Assembly: GCA_964016885.1 (NCBI GenBank)
Contig: OZ024745.1
Coordinates: 105,214,001-105,278,000 of the forward strand
Source of the DNA: Eledone cirrhosa
Lineage: Eukaryota
Length of the DNA: 64,000 bases
Direction: 5' to 3'
Shown: piece by piece, positions 1-13,560 of the stretch
Layout: each line of letters opens with the position of its first letter
Position numbering within the stretch: position 1 is the stretch's first letter
Made by a program: the position numbers and the translations under genes
Notes under the pieces: generated by a model
Told to the model about the DNA's origin: nothing
Database searches by the model: none
Seen by the model: the letters and a program-made list of their open reading frames with translations, nothing else

Positions 1-184
1 GGAGGTAAACTTTCTCGGTGCAAATGCCATGGTCATTCGTGACCGAAAGCGGCCCTTAATTATTATTCTTTAGGAAACCCACAAACATCCACTTTATAAT
101 TCATAAGACAGGTATAAAATCAAACATTTTTTGTGGGGAGAAACAGTTTATAATATTGTTTAGAGTATTTAACTAGTAGTTTAT

Positions 185-630
185 TTTATTGAAACTGGAA
201 GGATGAAAATGTATCTGGTTCTTGACATAGCATGTCTATTTGATACCAGATATGAAAAAAAAAAACAAAAAAACAAAAAAAAAAAAATAAAGCAAACAAA
301 AACAAAAAATAGAACATTAAACTGATTTGAAATATGAAATTCTCAAGAGTTGGAAAAAGAAGTTGATAAAGTTAGAATCTTGTCAATTAACATTGGAAGC
401 TTAGAAACGATGATCAAGAATTTGAATGTAAACTTTGGCAGACTAAACTTTAAACTGGACACTCCCAGTGTAAAATGGTTGTTAATTAGATAGGCAAGAA
501 TTATCCATAAAGTCCTTGATACAAACTAAGGAAAGTTATGAACAGCGTAGAAGGATATTAACAGTAAAAGGTACAAGAGTGTTTCTTATCCTAAACAACA
601 GGTTGTGGTCTGATAAAAAACATACTCAAA
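185..630 (+). mobile_element. Decayed 3' end of an R4/Dong-like non-LTR retrotransposon (restriction-like endonuclease tail)
   Basis: Residual translation LDIACLFDTR near 222-250 and ARIIHKVLD near 494-520 resembles the IDIACPFD...ARILRKVL C-terminus of R4-clade ORFs; many stops. Confidence 0.5.
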
Positions 631-1280
631 ACGACCACAACGTCAATACCTTGTAGCAACGACAGTACTGATAGTACCGACTTCATTACCATTCACATGA
701 ATTGCCTTTTCCTTGTTTCCTCGAGCAACCTTCCGCTAATGAATTAAGTAAAGTTCGAAATATTTCCTGTTAAAGATGACATTAAAAACACAATAAAAAC
801 AAAACGGGATAGGAACTATTCAAAATAATGAATTCCTTGAAGGAGAGAAAGAAGAATATGTTGTTAATAAAGAAATAAATAAAGCGATAAAGAGAGCCCT
901 CACTCGTCTTTCCCACAAATAAAAACACGTGATTGAATACCAACTCAACAAGAAGAACCACAAGTACCACAAGAATAATAAAAGAAAGAGAGAGTGAGAG
1001 AGAGTGAGAGAGAGAGAAAGAGAGAAGGAGAGATAGATAGCTAGATAGAGAGTCAGTGAGGGGAGGAAGAGAGGAGGAGAGGAGGAGATGGAAAAACTCC
1101 TTTAAAAAAATGGCAATGCTAGCATCAGCAGTAATAAGGATAATAATAATAATAACAACAATAATAATGATAATAATAATAAAGATAATGATAATGGTAA
1201 CAATCACAACAAAAACACATAAAAAGCATTAGAAATAACGAGAACATGAACAGCAATAACAAACACATGACCGCACAGTT

Positions 1281-1351
<71 letters not shown>

Positions 1352-1648
1352 CACACACACACACACACCTGCGTGCATGCTCACACATGTACATATATTC
1401 AAGCATATATCTTCTGATACACACACATGCACGCACACAGAGAACGACATGCAAAAACGCTCATACACTCACATATTTGAACATATACGCACACACTCTC
1501 ATTCTCCTACGTGTGCATATGCACGTCTACGCACATACTAGCATAAGAACATACATTCACCAACGAGAAAACAAGAAAACATTGCAAGAGAAACCATATT
1601 AAGGTTGTTATCCATCCAATATGGCAGCGACTTATCCATCGAACATGG

Positions 1649-1710
<62 letters not shown>

Positions 1711-1730
1711 GGGGTGTTGGAGAAAGAGAC
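1281..1730. repeat. (CA)n and (GA)n microsatellites
   Basis: Direct reading: (CA)n about 1282-1368, (GA)n about 1655-1709. Confidence 0.95.
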
Positions 1731-1962
1731 GCTGTTTGAGGGATGGGGTGTGTGTGGGGGGAGGGGGGGGGGAGAGAGAGAATGTGTGTATGTGTGGTTT
1801 ATGTTAAAAAAGATGAACGAGGAATTTTGAAAAGAACGATGGAAGGAAAGGGAATAACTGTAAACTCGACAACAACAATAAACATAACAGAAACAACAAC
1901 AACAACAATGAAACAACAGTAAAAACATCAAATCACACTCCCTCCTCCACGAAGAAGAAAAA

Positions 1963-1994
<32 letters not shown>

Positions 1995-2954
1995 AAAAAA
2001 GAAAAAAAGAAAAAAAAAAAAGAAAAAAGAAAAAAAAAAGAAAAAAAAGACAGAAAATCAAAATGGAAATATATATAATATTCTAGAAAGAAGGAGTTGG
2101 GGAGGGAACAAATAAATAAGTAGGTAAAACAAGGTAGAAAAATAGAAACGAAACGAAACGGAAAAAAAAAAAAAACCTTTTTCACGGCAGTCAGAACAAC
2201 ATAATAAGCAGCAAGCAACTGGCGTGTGTCTGACTAGAGTGTTACAAGACATAAGATACAAGCGACTTAAGACGATGCACATCGGAAAGTTAATGTGAAA
2301 TGTTAGAAATCTAAGAAGCCGAAACACGACCGTTATTAACGCAGAATCCTGCTTATCAATTCTTTAAAAGCTTTTTTTTCTTTTTCACATCTCTGTTGAC
2401 TCGTTTGTCTTTCTGTTTTACAACCTGATTTGCATCCCTTCGCCGTCTCTTGTTATAAAGTACGACTCTTCTTTTAGAGTACTTCTTCCTCTCCGTCTCT
2501 CACTGATCAATAAGTAACACACACGCATTGCTGTTTCGCCATTTCTACACATTTTTACCTCCCAGCTCTCTTCATCTCTCTCTCTTTCCTCTTCTCACGA
2601 AGTCTGCAATCTACTACTGTCTTCTATTACTTTCTTTTCTATAATATCTTAGGTGATACTTCTGCCACCTCCTTTTCTTGCTATGAAATTCTCGTATTCA
2701 TACATACACACACATGCATACACACACACACACACATGCATACACACACGCACACATGCATTCATACATATACACATACATACACACACACACATACCTG
2801 TATGTATGTATAAGTATATATATATATAAGTATTTAATGCATAGAAATGTCCATGATCTCCAGCAGACAACTGATGAAGGGAAATTATCCTCCGTTTGTG
2901 CTTTCCACTTATTTATAAATACACTTTATCCAGCAACTACACAGCCCCTGTTTC

Positions 2955-2990
<36 letters not shown>

Positions 2991-3010
2991 AGAGCCCTGG
3001 TTTCTGTTGA

Positions 3011-3092
3011 GCTCTGCTGATGAATGAAATTCCAACCGTGACCATCTCCACTGAAAGTTTTCATGAAATAGTCTTTTAAGACTATACAGAAC
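3011..3092 (+). ncRNA. Type I hammerhead ribozyme (copy 1)
   Basis: gctctg CTGATGA atgaaa..tttcat GAAA tagtctt-tt-aagacta TA cagaac; one mismatch in stem I. Confidence 0.75.
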
Positions 3093-3641
3093 ATTTGATG
3101 TTATTCCAAATTGAAGGATAAGTGTTTCAAACTTTATTTTATCATGAGTTAAAGGTCTATAGATTTTTCCCTGGATTTTACTAAATTCTGTGGATGAATT
3201 TATATCCTGATTCTCTTTTGAGATGAGTTTGAGTTATTTTTCCTAAATCTTTCGTTAACTACTTTTCCCATCTTGACGTTATAGTCGCATATATGTTATA
3301 GAATGCCGTTAGCTTCTTGCTAAAACAATCTCTATACCTCTCATTTATATTTATACTCGGATTCTTTTCCTAGAGTGCTTAAACTATCTGTGACTAATCC
3401 CGGTTTTTTTCATAAAAACTGTGATAATTATTGCTATTTTGCTGAACTCCTTTGTAGAGTTTTTTTTTCAGAATGTATTTGACTGCTATTTCTTGTAAAT
3501 AAACATTCACTTCCATCCTGACGTCACTAGCCCCGTTTTTTCCTCATGTGCTTTTTCATAAATACACATGAAGGCGAACTAGCCAGTTTTAGAATTCCCT
3601 TTTTCGGATTATATTACTGTGAGAGCCCTGGTTTCTGTTGA

Positions 3642-3723
3642 GCTCTGCTGATGATTGAAATTCCAACCGTGACCATCTCCACTGAAAGTTTTCATGAAAT
3701 AGTCTTTTAAGACTATACAGAGC
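3642..3723 (+). ncRNA. Type I hammerhead ribozyme (copy 2)
   Basis: Stem I gctctg/cagagc is perfect; CUGAUGA, stem II, GAAA, stem III tagtctt/aagacta, AUA triplet. Confidence 0.8.
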
Positions 3724-3973
3724 ATTTGATGTTATTCCAAATTGAAGGATAAGTGTTTCAAACTTTATTTTATCATGAGTTAAAGGTCTATAGATTTTTC
3801 CCTGGATTTTACTAAATTCTGTGGATGAATTTATATCCTGATTCTCTTTTGAGATGAGTTTGAGTTATTTTTCCTAAATCTTTCGTTAACTACTTTTCCC
3901 ATCTTGACGTTATAGTCGCATATATGTTATAGAATGCCGTTAGCTTCTTGCTAAAACAATCTCTATACCTCTC

Positions 3974-4009
<36 letters not shown>

Positions 4010-4122
4010 CATGCCAACACAAGAGCAAGAATGAAGTGTTCATTCTACTGACATGGCTATAAAATTGAGGCTTGTTTGCATAATTGCAAATGAATCGAAT
4101 GTTATTATTAATATTCGAAAAA

Positions 4123-4468
4123 ATCCCGCCGAGGTTAACTTTGCCTTTCATCCTTACGGGGTCGATAAAAATAAAGTACCAGTAATGTACTGTGTAATTG
4201 CTGGCCTTGTGCCAAAAGTAGAAACAATTATTAATATTCGAAAAGCTCAGATTATATTTATTATATATATATATATATTAGGCGGTGGATTGGGAGTATC
4301 GGTAGAGGGTCGGACGCCATGCTTTCCAGCATAGTTACGTCCATTTATGATCTGAGTTCAAATCCCGCCGAGGTTGACTTTGCCTTTCATCCTTACGGGG
4401 TCGATAAAATAAAGTACCAGTAATGCACTGGGTGATTGCTGGCCTTGTGCCTAAAGTAGAAACAATTA
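4123..4468 (+). mobile_element. Two copies of the dominant tRNA-head SINE family (one 5'-truncated)
   Basis: B-box gagttcaaatccc, body gcctttcatccttacggggtcgataaaataaagtaccag, tail gtagaaacaattatt. Confidence 0.85.
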
Positions 4469-5149
4469 TATATATATATATATATATAGGCTTCTCTATG
4501 GATACGCTCCGTAACCATATTTATCCCCTTACAGAAACTAATTAGTTGGAGTGAAATTTTAGTAAGTAAGTCAATTTTCATAACTTTCTTATTTACGTCT
4601 TTCATATATATATATATATATGTGCCGTACTAAGAGTGAGAAATGAAATTTCGTTTTCATTTTATTTCAACTTATATATATATATATATATATATGAAAA
4701 AATGGGGAGATATATATATATATGAGACACCTCGTCGCTAGAAAAGCCGTTAAAACAGCTAATGGGAAAATGCGATGGGCAAAATGCCTCAGAGGTCAGA
4801 GACCAGCGGCCAGGGGTTAACAGGGAGACAATCCACATGTATGTATGATTGTATGTTTGTATGCATGCATTCATGTAGAAGGTGGGCCGTAATTAATTTT
4901 TTTTGCAGATTACAAAGAAACAAGAATGACATGCTGACATGTAAGTATATTGACTTATTTGACTTATTTGACTTATTTGACATGTAAGTATATTGGCTTA
5001 TATTGACTTATTTGAATAGCCTATTATTTTGTACATAACCTTTGTATTACTTTTGCATATTCCAAAAGTTCAATATTACTTTGGTTTCGTATTTATTCCC
5101 ATTTCGTAACAGGATTATCGTAAGCGAATAATTATTCAAACCGTGTGCC

Positions 5150-5620
5150 TTTGCTGAACTAAATCAACGTGATTCTGACTACTATATTTGACTATAGAGG
5201 CGCTGAACATCATGAATACACACTTGAAGGACAGTTACAAAGGAATATCAGTGGTGATGCAGTTCGGCACAAGAGACCGGATTGCTCAGTTTCGCAGAAT
5301 TAGAAGCTGCACCATGACAACGCCGAGGCTCATTTGTCGCAGCTGATTCAATAGTTCTTGGAAATGAAAGGCATGTAGCTCAGACACCGGGATCCCTATC
5401 TTCCAGTTATGGCACCTTCTGACTTCTCGATGTTTTCTAAAAAATGCCACTAAGAGCCCAAGAGAAAAGTGTGCGGATTGCGACGGCGGAATTGAGAGCC
5501 ATTTAGGAAGATGCATTCAAGGCACACTTCCTGCAGTGGACATAACTCTGGGTTATGTGTGTGGAAGCAAAAAGGTGCCTACTTCTAAGGGGATGAGCAA
5601 GCATCAAGTTCCACCAAGTA
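5150..5620 (+). pseudogene. mariner (Tc1/mariner) transposase remnant
   Basis: ctgcaccatgacaacgccgaggctcat = LHHDNAEAH and ccctatcttccagttatggcaccttctgacttc = PYLPVMAPSDF match mariner HDNARPH and YSPDLAPSDF motifs. Confidence 0.7.
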
Positions 5621-6309
5621 CATATTTTATTTTCCCAGCCTTGGATATGTTTTCGACAGAACTCATTTATAGGCAGGATAAATTGAATGCTGTAATATTT
5701 TGATGTTTATGTTTTTCCAATGAAAATTAGTAATGTTAATGAGGAGAAATGTCTTCACTTGAACACCAAAACCACATAGACGACCAGGTTTATCGGGAAT
5801 ATTATTAGTTTAGATAAGAAGACTCACGTTTCTTAGTGACAAGGTTATAGCCGATTAAGATTAAACCCAGTTCCTGACTGGTACTTAATTTATGGCCTTA
5901 TGAAAGATGAAGGATAAAAGAGAGAATTCTCCTCACTAGAATACGAAATAATATCTATTGAATACCGTACGGCATTCTCTTCGGTAATCTACTAATTCTG
6001 CTCACCCACCACAATATCAATATTGGTTTATCGTTACTGAGCTCAATACCGTATACTTATCGGAGAGATGAAACAGAAATACTGTGACCGTATTAAACTG
6101 CGAAGTGGGCTTCAATCGTTTCCAACATAGGTTGTTTGATCAACAAACAGCTTCCTTGTGAAATTAACCAGCAATTGGCTGACTAATCCACATATCCACG
6201 GTCTCTTAAACTAGTTATCAAGAAGATTCAGGGTAACACAGTGTGTAGCAAAACTTAGAATTTTCATTAAGATAAAACTCATTTTTTCGCAACGTAAATT
6301 AAAATGTTT

Positions 6310-6400
6310 TGTTCAAGGACACAACGAACTATCGGGAATCGAACTCATGACCATACTTACGATCGTGTACCGAACGTCTTAACTACTAAGCTACGCGCCT
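6310..6400 (-). mobile_element. Diverged second tRNA-derived SINE family (head and core)
   Basis: Reverse complement reads ggcgcgtagcttagtagttaagacgttcgg...gagttcgattccc...gttgtgtccttgaac; same family as 58592. Confidence 0.65.
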
Positions 6401-7521
6401 TCCCTGAAATATGTAGGAAGTGAAAGCTTTTGAGCAATTACTGAAACCTCACCGTAACTTCATTTTGCCTGTAGTTTTCTTGCCGATGTTTATACATTAT
6501 TTGTTCATTAGAGACTAAAACATGTTCGAAGATACCTTTCATATTTGTCAAAATGATTAAATGTATATTAGTAAATGATTCAATGTTCTGTTACTTTGAC
6601 CGCATAAATAATCCTAATTAGATTTCTGATGCTCACTATATTAAATATATTAATGTTAACCTCACTATTGCATGTCGTGTGGCTGGGGACTTTGATTAAT
6701 TAACCAGAAATGATTTATTCGTACGCAATATTCTCATTAAAGGTTTCAGCGCAAATAGTCGAACATTGAGCGAATCAATTTGTTAAGGCGTTCAGCACAG
6801 CTTCAGCATTTCTAGAAAGATACAAACATTCATAAGAGCTTATCATGTATTTATTCTCAAAAAAAAAAAGAGAACAATACCTAAGAATGACACAACTGAA
6901 AGGTATGAGAAAGAAGCTCAGAAGATACCTTACAGTATTTCAATTTGTTACCACCCATTTCGGGATTTCAAATCCTGGCCAAGTTGACTACGTCTTTCAT
7001 CAGGATGGCGTCGATAAAACAAATATCAATATAATGTTATTACGAATTCAATCGATTTTCATGCCCCATTCCATCACCACATCTAAATATGGGAAATTCT
7101 GCCAATTTCAGAGAAATCAATAGGAATTTATTCCCCTCTTGTTTTCTATTATTTTCTTTACCAATTTTTCCTTTATATTCCCGAGTTATTTTGTCGCTTT
7201 CTCTCGTGTTTTTTTTCTTTTTTCTCTCTCATACACACGTCATATGTGTGTGTGTGCACATGTACATGCATAGATATAGACACACACACACACATATATA
7301 TGTGTAAGCATATATATATATGTATGTGTAAGTATATATATATATATATATATATATGTAAATATATATATATATATATATATATGTAAGTATATATATA
7401 TATATATGTAAGTATATATATATATATATATATATGTATATGTAAGTATATATATATATATATATGTAAGTATATATATATATAAGTATATATATATATG
7501 TATATCTATCTATCTATCTAT

Positions 7522-9319
7522 CTACCTCTCGGAGCCGTTCCATATCACGCGATCCATGCGACAGGGATGCCCTCTCGCCCCCCTCTCTGTACGTACTGAC
7601 TTTCGAGCCACTACTGCGGAAGTTGGAGCTATTGCAGGGCATTCCTCTAGAACCGGGACTGCGGAAAGCGGCGTCGGCCTACGCCGACGACATGACAGTA
7701 ATGGTGTCGAGCGCCTCGCAAATCGAGGAAGTCGGCACCTTACTGAAGGAATACGAAAGGTTCACAGGAGCTAAGCTGAACCGGGACAAGTCCATCGGTT
7801 TGCAACTCGGATCGTGGAGAGGCAGACCGATGCCTTCCGATGGCGTCGTCGGACGCTGGACGGAAGGACCGGTGAAGCTACTCGCGGTCTGGTTTGGTCC
7901 GGATCTCCAGGTGGAGAAGAACTGGAACCAGGTGACGGCCAAAGTGTTTGCACTCACCCAGAAGTGGGGCGAGTGCAAACTATCCTTGAATGGTCGAGCG
8001 GAGGTGGCGAACACTTTTATAGCGTCCGTCATCTACTACCGCTTGACCATCGTGCCTTGTCCAGCCAAAACGCTCACCAAAATAGAGCGCGCGCTCTTCC
8101 AATTCCTTTGGAAGAAGCGGGCTCCTTTGGTGAGAAGATCCATCTGCTGCCAACACCCTTCCAACGGAGGGCTGAGAATGTCGTGGCTGACGATGCGCAA
8201 ACACGCGCTCTGGCTGCGGCATCTCTACGTATTCCTCACCGGACAACCGGTTTGGGCCCCGTTCGTGAGGCGAGCCTTCCCACGACTCGTCTCGCTGACC
8301 GAGCTGCAGTCCTGGGTCAAGCAAAGACCGATGAAAATGGGCGACTGACACATCGAATGTGCTCAGGCGCTCACAGCCCTCTGGCAGGTGGACCCGGCGA
8401 TCAGTGGAGACTCCACTTCGTCATTCTATAGAGGGTTGATCCGCACCAAGTGCGACAACGCGCTCGGAGAAACTCTAGGCGTAGGAGGAAGACGAACTAG
8501 CGTGGAGGAAGACGAACTGGCCAGTCTGTTCGGTAGGACCTTCCGCCCGGGACCGATGGACAACTTCCAAATGTCCCTGGCCTGGCAGTGCTATCGAGGA
8601 GCTCTACTAGTTCGAGACAAGCTCTACAGACATGGGCGCCCGGGCAGGGATCCTTCGAAAAAGATCTGTCCGAGATGCGTGCGAGACGAAGAAACCGTCG
8701 CGCACGCATTCATACACTGCCCGGGCATTACCGACCTGTGGGGCTATGTAGAACGACTATTGTCGCGGGCGGGACCAATCCAGTTGACCACCGAGTCCAT
8801 TGTCATGATTAAACCGCCACCCTCCTTCAAAAACGAAGGAGAGGCGGTTTTCCTTTGTGTGATAGCTATGGCGAAAGAGGTTGTATGGTGGACGAGGTTA
8901 AAAGGGCTGAGGTCAGACACCTTTCTCTCCGGCCAACAACTGATTCCTTTTTTCAAATACCACTTTGGAAGAAGAGTCAGGATGGGAGAGAGGTGCTGTA
9001 GCCCAGCAAGTTTTATGAAAGGTGGGTGAAAGTAGCGAGAATGGCCCGAGTGAATGGGCCTTCTCTCTATATCAGCCTGTAGGTTGAGGAAAAAGAGGAA
9101 GAGAGGAAAGGGGTACAAACTCTTCGTACTCCTGGAGATGAGGGTTGCACATTTTTTTCGGGGGTATGTGCTACCCATATGAACTGTCTCCCCCTATTGG
9201 GGTAAATCGATTAACTTTTAATTTACAATTGTGATAACATTTTACACGTTTTTATTGTATGTAAACTCGCCCCTTTGTAATTGTCCCCTTCTTTTGTGCC
9301 ACCGTGTTTAATAAAGAAA
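7522..9319 (+). mobile_element. 5'-truncated Tx1/L1-clade non-LTR retrotransposon (RT C-half, zinc finger, 3' UTR) inserted in (TATC)n
   Basis: RQGCPL and AYADD RT motifs; CPRC..ETVAHAFIHC; ends aataaagaaa; (TATC)n on both sides; homologous to 34970-36735. Confidence 0.9.
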
Positions 9320-9321
9320 CA

Positions 9322-9380
<59 letters not shown>

Positions 9381-9532
9381 ATAAATAAAATAAAATAAAA
9401 TAACAGGAGGCTGGACTGGTGTAAATCCTTGAAAGGTTTATACTATGATCATTTCAATGACCGGGTTCCATATGAATCCGCTGATATCATCAGGTATTGG
9501 AATATAACAAAGGAATATGTAAAAAACGATGG
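9381..9532 (-). repeat. About 150-bp repeat, copy 1, with degenerate hammerhead
   Basis: Near-identical to 11528-11673; minus strand reads CTGATGA tat..ata tGGAAC ccg GTC. Confidence 0.6.
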
Positions 9533-10835
9533 CTCCGAAAAATCAGAGACAGAGACAGAGAGGACGACTGCTTTTATCACGGCCAGTCGCCCCCAAAGTG
9601 GTGGCAACTGAATCTACTAATGAACATCTGGTGAGGGCGCGAAGGCTTATAATGCACTACCACCTCTCCGTCAAAGAAAAAGGGGAAGAAAGAAAGAAAG
9701 GGAAAAAGAAGACAGCGTAAGGGTCACACTACATTCATGCTAGAAAATGCCGCGAAAAAATGCTACTCCAAAGAATCTATAATGGGTGTCTGTATGGTCT
9801 AATGTGTGAACCGAAGATTGGAACGTTAAACTTATGTTGCGAGTTATAGGATGAAATTAAATTAAATTAAAAATATTAAATTGCAAAATGATAAATTGAA
9901 AAATAAGTTATTAGAAAATTAAAGGTTAAGGTAACGAGATTTATTTAATGAACTTACGGAGAGAGTCTTATATGAAAAAATTTATCTCGATAAGATATTA
10001 GGATGGGATATAGAGTAAAGATTTCGATTGCGAGTCCCAGCCAGCACTCACCCCCCACCATGAGTCAGCCAGTTTCGAGTGGTATCGTCCAGCGAAAGAA
10101 ATTGAAATTAATTTTTCCGAGTACTCTAGGAACGTAGCTACCTTAGGCCCCGGGAGCGCTAGCGGGAACTCCACAATTTCGACAGGCCATCGACTATACC
10201 AAACGAATATTATTAAATCACACATGCGGGGTTTATTTACGTGCCAGTAGAGGCATGATACAGCTAATAGTTATGCCTAAACCTGGAGTTTATAGGTATA
10301 AGTATACTATGGCGGCCAAAACAGGCGGCGCGGTGGGACCGGGGCAAAGCAAGTCGCTCCGAGTAATTTCGTTTACCGAAAGAGGAAAAATTTATTTTTC
10401 CGAGCACTCAAGGAAGGTTGAACTTTCCGAGTGCCCAGCGCGCAGCCGGGAAAAGCCACCACACAAGTCGAAGGTAGCAACCCAATGAAAAGTGTAAAGA
10501 GACCAAAATTATTTTAAAGTCCCAGTTAGTCCGGGTTATAAGTAGTGTGGTTCTTAGGTGGGTAGGGGCTATGAAGGTGCATAATGACCTGAGTAAGGAA
10601 AGTTACAAAAAAATAATAAAAGTAGGATACAAAGATAAAATACAAATATAAAGATAGAATACATTGATAAACATACATTAATAAAATAATAAAAAAAAAA
10701 AAATATACATTAATGAAATAATTAAAAAATTAATAAATGTAAATAACTAGGGATGTAGAAAGACGGAAGTATATAAGAACGTATCGGAGGGATCACAGTG
10801 TAGGGGAAATACAATATAGATCAAGTTGTAGTAAG

Positions 10836-11023
10836 ATAATTGTTTCTACTATTGGCACAAGGCCAGAAATTACCCAGTACATTACTGGTACTTTATTTTA
10901 TCGACCCCGTAATGATGAAAGGCAAAGTTAACCTCGGCGGGATTTGAACTCAGAATGGCAAGGGCCGTAACTCTATGCGTCAAAGCATGGCGTCCGACCC
11001 TCTACCGATACTGCCAATCCACC
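10836..11023 (-). mobile_element. tRNA-head SINE, full length
   Basis: Reverse complement of the family consensus. Confidence 0.9.
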
Positions 11024-11527
11024 GAAGATAATACAGGTTGTACATATAGATATAGAGGATGGAGGAGATGGAATGGTAACAGGTTGTACCTAGTGTAAAG
11101 TTCGGCTCTCCGAATTCAGTGTGAGTCACACAAAGTCTTGAGGTATAGAGTAGAGAATTCAGTCAATACAATACATGTTTTAGTATAATACGTAGAGTTT
11201 TGTCGGAATCGGTATAATCCCGACAAGGAAGTAGTATCAGGTGGCGGCAGATAAAGCACAGAGCAGCCAAAATCCGAATGGTAAGTAGATCAGTTAATCC
11301 CATGCTGGTAATAGCTGTACACTGAAGTCAGTGCCGCTGTTCAATATTACATTTTGAAGTGCTCAACATTATTGGAGCATTATTTCTTTAGGTTTGTTGG
11401 TTCACCACTGGATAGAACTGGTCATTCTGTATGGTCAATCCTGGTGTAATATTGTGAAGAGTACTCAACGCATTGCAGTTCACCCATCTTCGTTTGTGTA
11501 GTTGGTGGTGCGAATACAGAGTTAATT

Positions 11528-11673
11528 ATAAATAAAATAAAATAACAGGAGGCTGGACTTGTGTAAATACTTGAAAGGTTTATACTATGATCATTTCAAT
11601 GACCGGGTTCCATATGAATCCGCTGATATCATCAGGTTTGGAATATAACAAAGGAATATGTAAAAAACCATGG
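11528..11673 (-). repeat. About 150-bp repeat, copy 2
   Basis: Direct repeat of 9381-9532. Confidence 0.65.
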
Positions 11674-12475
11674 GTCCCTCCTCCTTCTCCCCCTGTTGAC
11701 GTCAAGTTCCCGCAAAGCACTTGGGATGCCATCCAGTGCAGCCTGGCCTCAGGCAGGCTCTCGCGCCAGCTCGACCAGCACCGCCTTGCCTGTTTTCGTG
11801 CGGCCTGCAAACCCCACAGTGGTGCCTGGCTCTATGCCCTGCCCTCCCTAACCACTGGCAGGCAGCTAGACAATAATATCCTGCGCATTGGCGTTTCCTT
11901 GAGGCTCGGCCTCGGGATCTGCGAGCCACACCAATGTCGCTGCGGATCCACCGTAGACCCTTTCGGCCTTCACCCGCTTTCCTGTCGCCACAGTGCTGGC
12001 CACCTTCCACAGGTCATAAAGCATGGCTTGGACGCTGCAGGCTTCCCTTTCCAGCTCGAGCCGGTGGGGCTGAACCGAGGGGACGGCAAGAGGCCAGATG
12101 GCATGACCATCTTCCCGTTCTGCGGTGGCAAACGCCTCGTCTGGGATGCCACTTGCACCGACACTTTCTGCAGCCGCAACCTGGTGCAGTCTGCGATTAA
12201 CCCGGGTTCTGCTGCACGTCGGGCTGAGGTGACTAAACTCCTCAAATACCGGTCGCTCTCCGACAGGTTTGCGGTTGTACCTCTGGCAGTGGAGACTTCT
12301 GGTGCCCTTGGCCCTAGGGCTACCTCCCTACTCACCACTATAGGCGCTGAGCTGGCCAGCTAGGTGTGAGCCCCGCGAGTCGGAGTGGCTTTTCCAGCGC
12401 GTCTCCCTTGCTGTCCTCCGCTGAAACGCCTTCTTCTCCATTCTGACGACCGGAGCTGTTTTTCGGGGGGGGGGG
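11674..12475 (+). mobile_element. 3' fragment of a CRE-clade non-LTR retrotransposon (CCHC finger plus restriction-like endonuclease)
   Basis: HSGAWLYALP..LRLG..CRCG..HPLSC..GKRPDG..LVWDATCTDT..PLAVETSG; GC-rich island; premature stop near 12361. Confidence 0.8.
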
Positions 12476-12849
12476 GCACGCTTATCATTCCATATTTAAT
12501 TATGGTCGGTATGTGTATGTTTATATATATTACTTTTATTTTCATTCAGCATCATGTCATTCTTCATTGCTTTTCATTACTGTCTTGTTTTTGATGACAT
12601 TTTAAGGGAAGGAGGTAAAAAAATAAAGATAAATTCGTTATAAATAATATAATATTAGTATACTATATACATACATACACACATATACATACATATACAT
12701 ATTATTTGTATATATATATATATATATATAAATATGTGTGTGTGTGTGTGTGTGTGTGTATGTAAAAGATAAAGCAGAAATAACAACACAATCGGTACAG
12801 TATATGAAAGGAATATATTAGTTTAACGTTTGAAATAGCAGGAAGCGGG

Positions 12850-12885
12850 TCTTAACGTTTCAGGCGCTAGTCTTTCATCAGAAGA
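12850..12885 (-). ncRNA. Minimal type I hammerhead in a Penelope-type pLTR remnant (about 12760-12960)
   Basis: Reverse complement: tctt CTGATGA a agac tagc gcct GAAAC GTT aaga; palindromic AACGTT stem III; one stem II mismatch. Confidence 0.65.
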
Positions 12886-12999
12886 AAGAATGAGAAATTA
12901 GAAAAATTGAAGGGACGGGCAGGGCGGAATCGGAAAAAAATGTTTTTAAAGAAAAATAACAGATCCATTTATGTTGCCTGCCACTTTAGAAAAGGCAGC

Positions 13000-13560
13000 C
13001 ATCTCTTCAACGAATTCCCTGCTATTATGAACCACCACAAACTGCAAGCTTCTGGCCAGTTTCATGACTGAAGAGGTTTTGTTTAGGTCACCTTTTCTAG
13101 ACCCTTTTCATGTGGTATGGGTGAGCAGTGCGTCCCCCCAAAAGGGCTGCTCAGACGCTCAAGACTTCGCCGAAACATGCTGCTTTTCACGTTAACAGAG
13201 CAGCGGCGTTTGGATAATACTCGAACCTTTCAGTGGTAGATTTGTGGCTATGTGCTTCTAACCGGTCAAGTCTGCACACGTTACCACTCCTCCAAAGTTG
13301 TGGGACCTGTGAAGAAATATCTGCACATAAAGATGGCAATGCTACGTGCGTCTGCTAAACAGATAGCACCCATTCCATCCTCCCAGCTATATGTCCAGTG
13401 TCAGGCCAAGGCAAGGTAACAGGACAGTTGTGAAGATCGCATGTGTTATTGTCATAGATTTTCACCTCTCTAGAGGATATAGTCATACTCACCATGCCAA
13501 TTGCAGGTTGGTGAAGTTATTTAAACCCATAGTTGGGGTGGATGGCCTTTGACAGCTCTT
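13000..13560 (-). mobile_element. Probable RTE-derived non-autonomous retroposon relic
   Basis: Minus strand carries gagcagccctttt..ggacgcactgctcacc, reminiscent of RTE 5' UTRs; no ORF. Confidence 0.35.

Larger units (their letters stand above)
2987..3981 (+). mobile_element. Partial tandem element (631-bp period, about 1.6 units) with a hammerhead in each repeat; Penelope pLTR- or retrozyme-like
   Basis: 2987-3350 is repeated almost identically at 3618-3981; both flanks are (TA)n. Confidence 0.75.

Noticed and set aside
782-2327. ORFs rich in I, VC, HT or ER repeats
   Set aside because: Translations of microsatellites; the same applies to ORFs at 16477, 19496, 48862, 49766, 54598, 58894-60365 and 63677
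11100-11350. Tyrosine recombinase remnant of a DIRS/Ngaro element
   Set aside because: No recognisable HSxRxG motif or continuous frame
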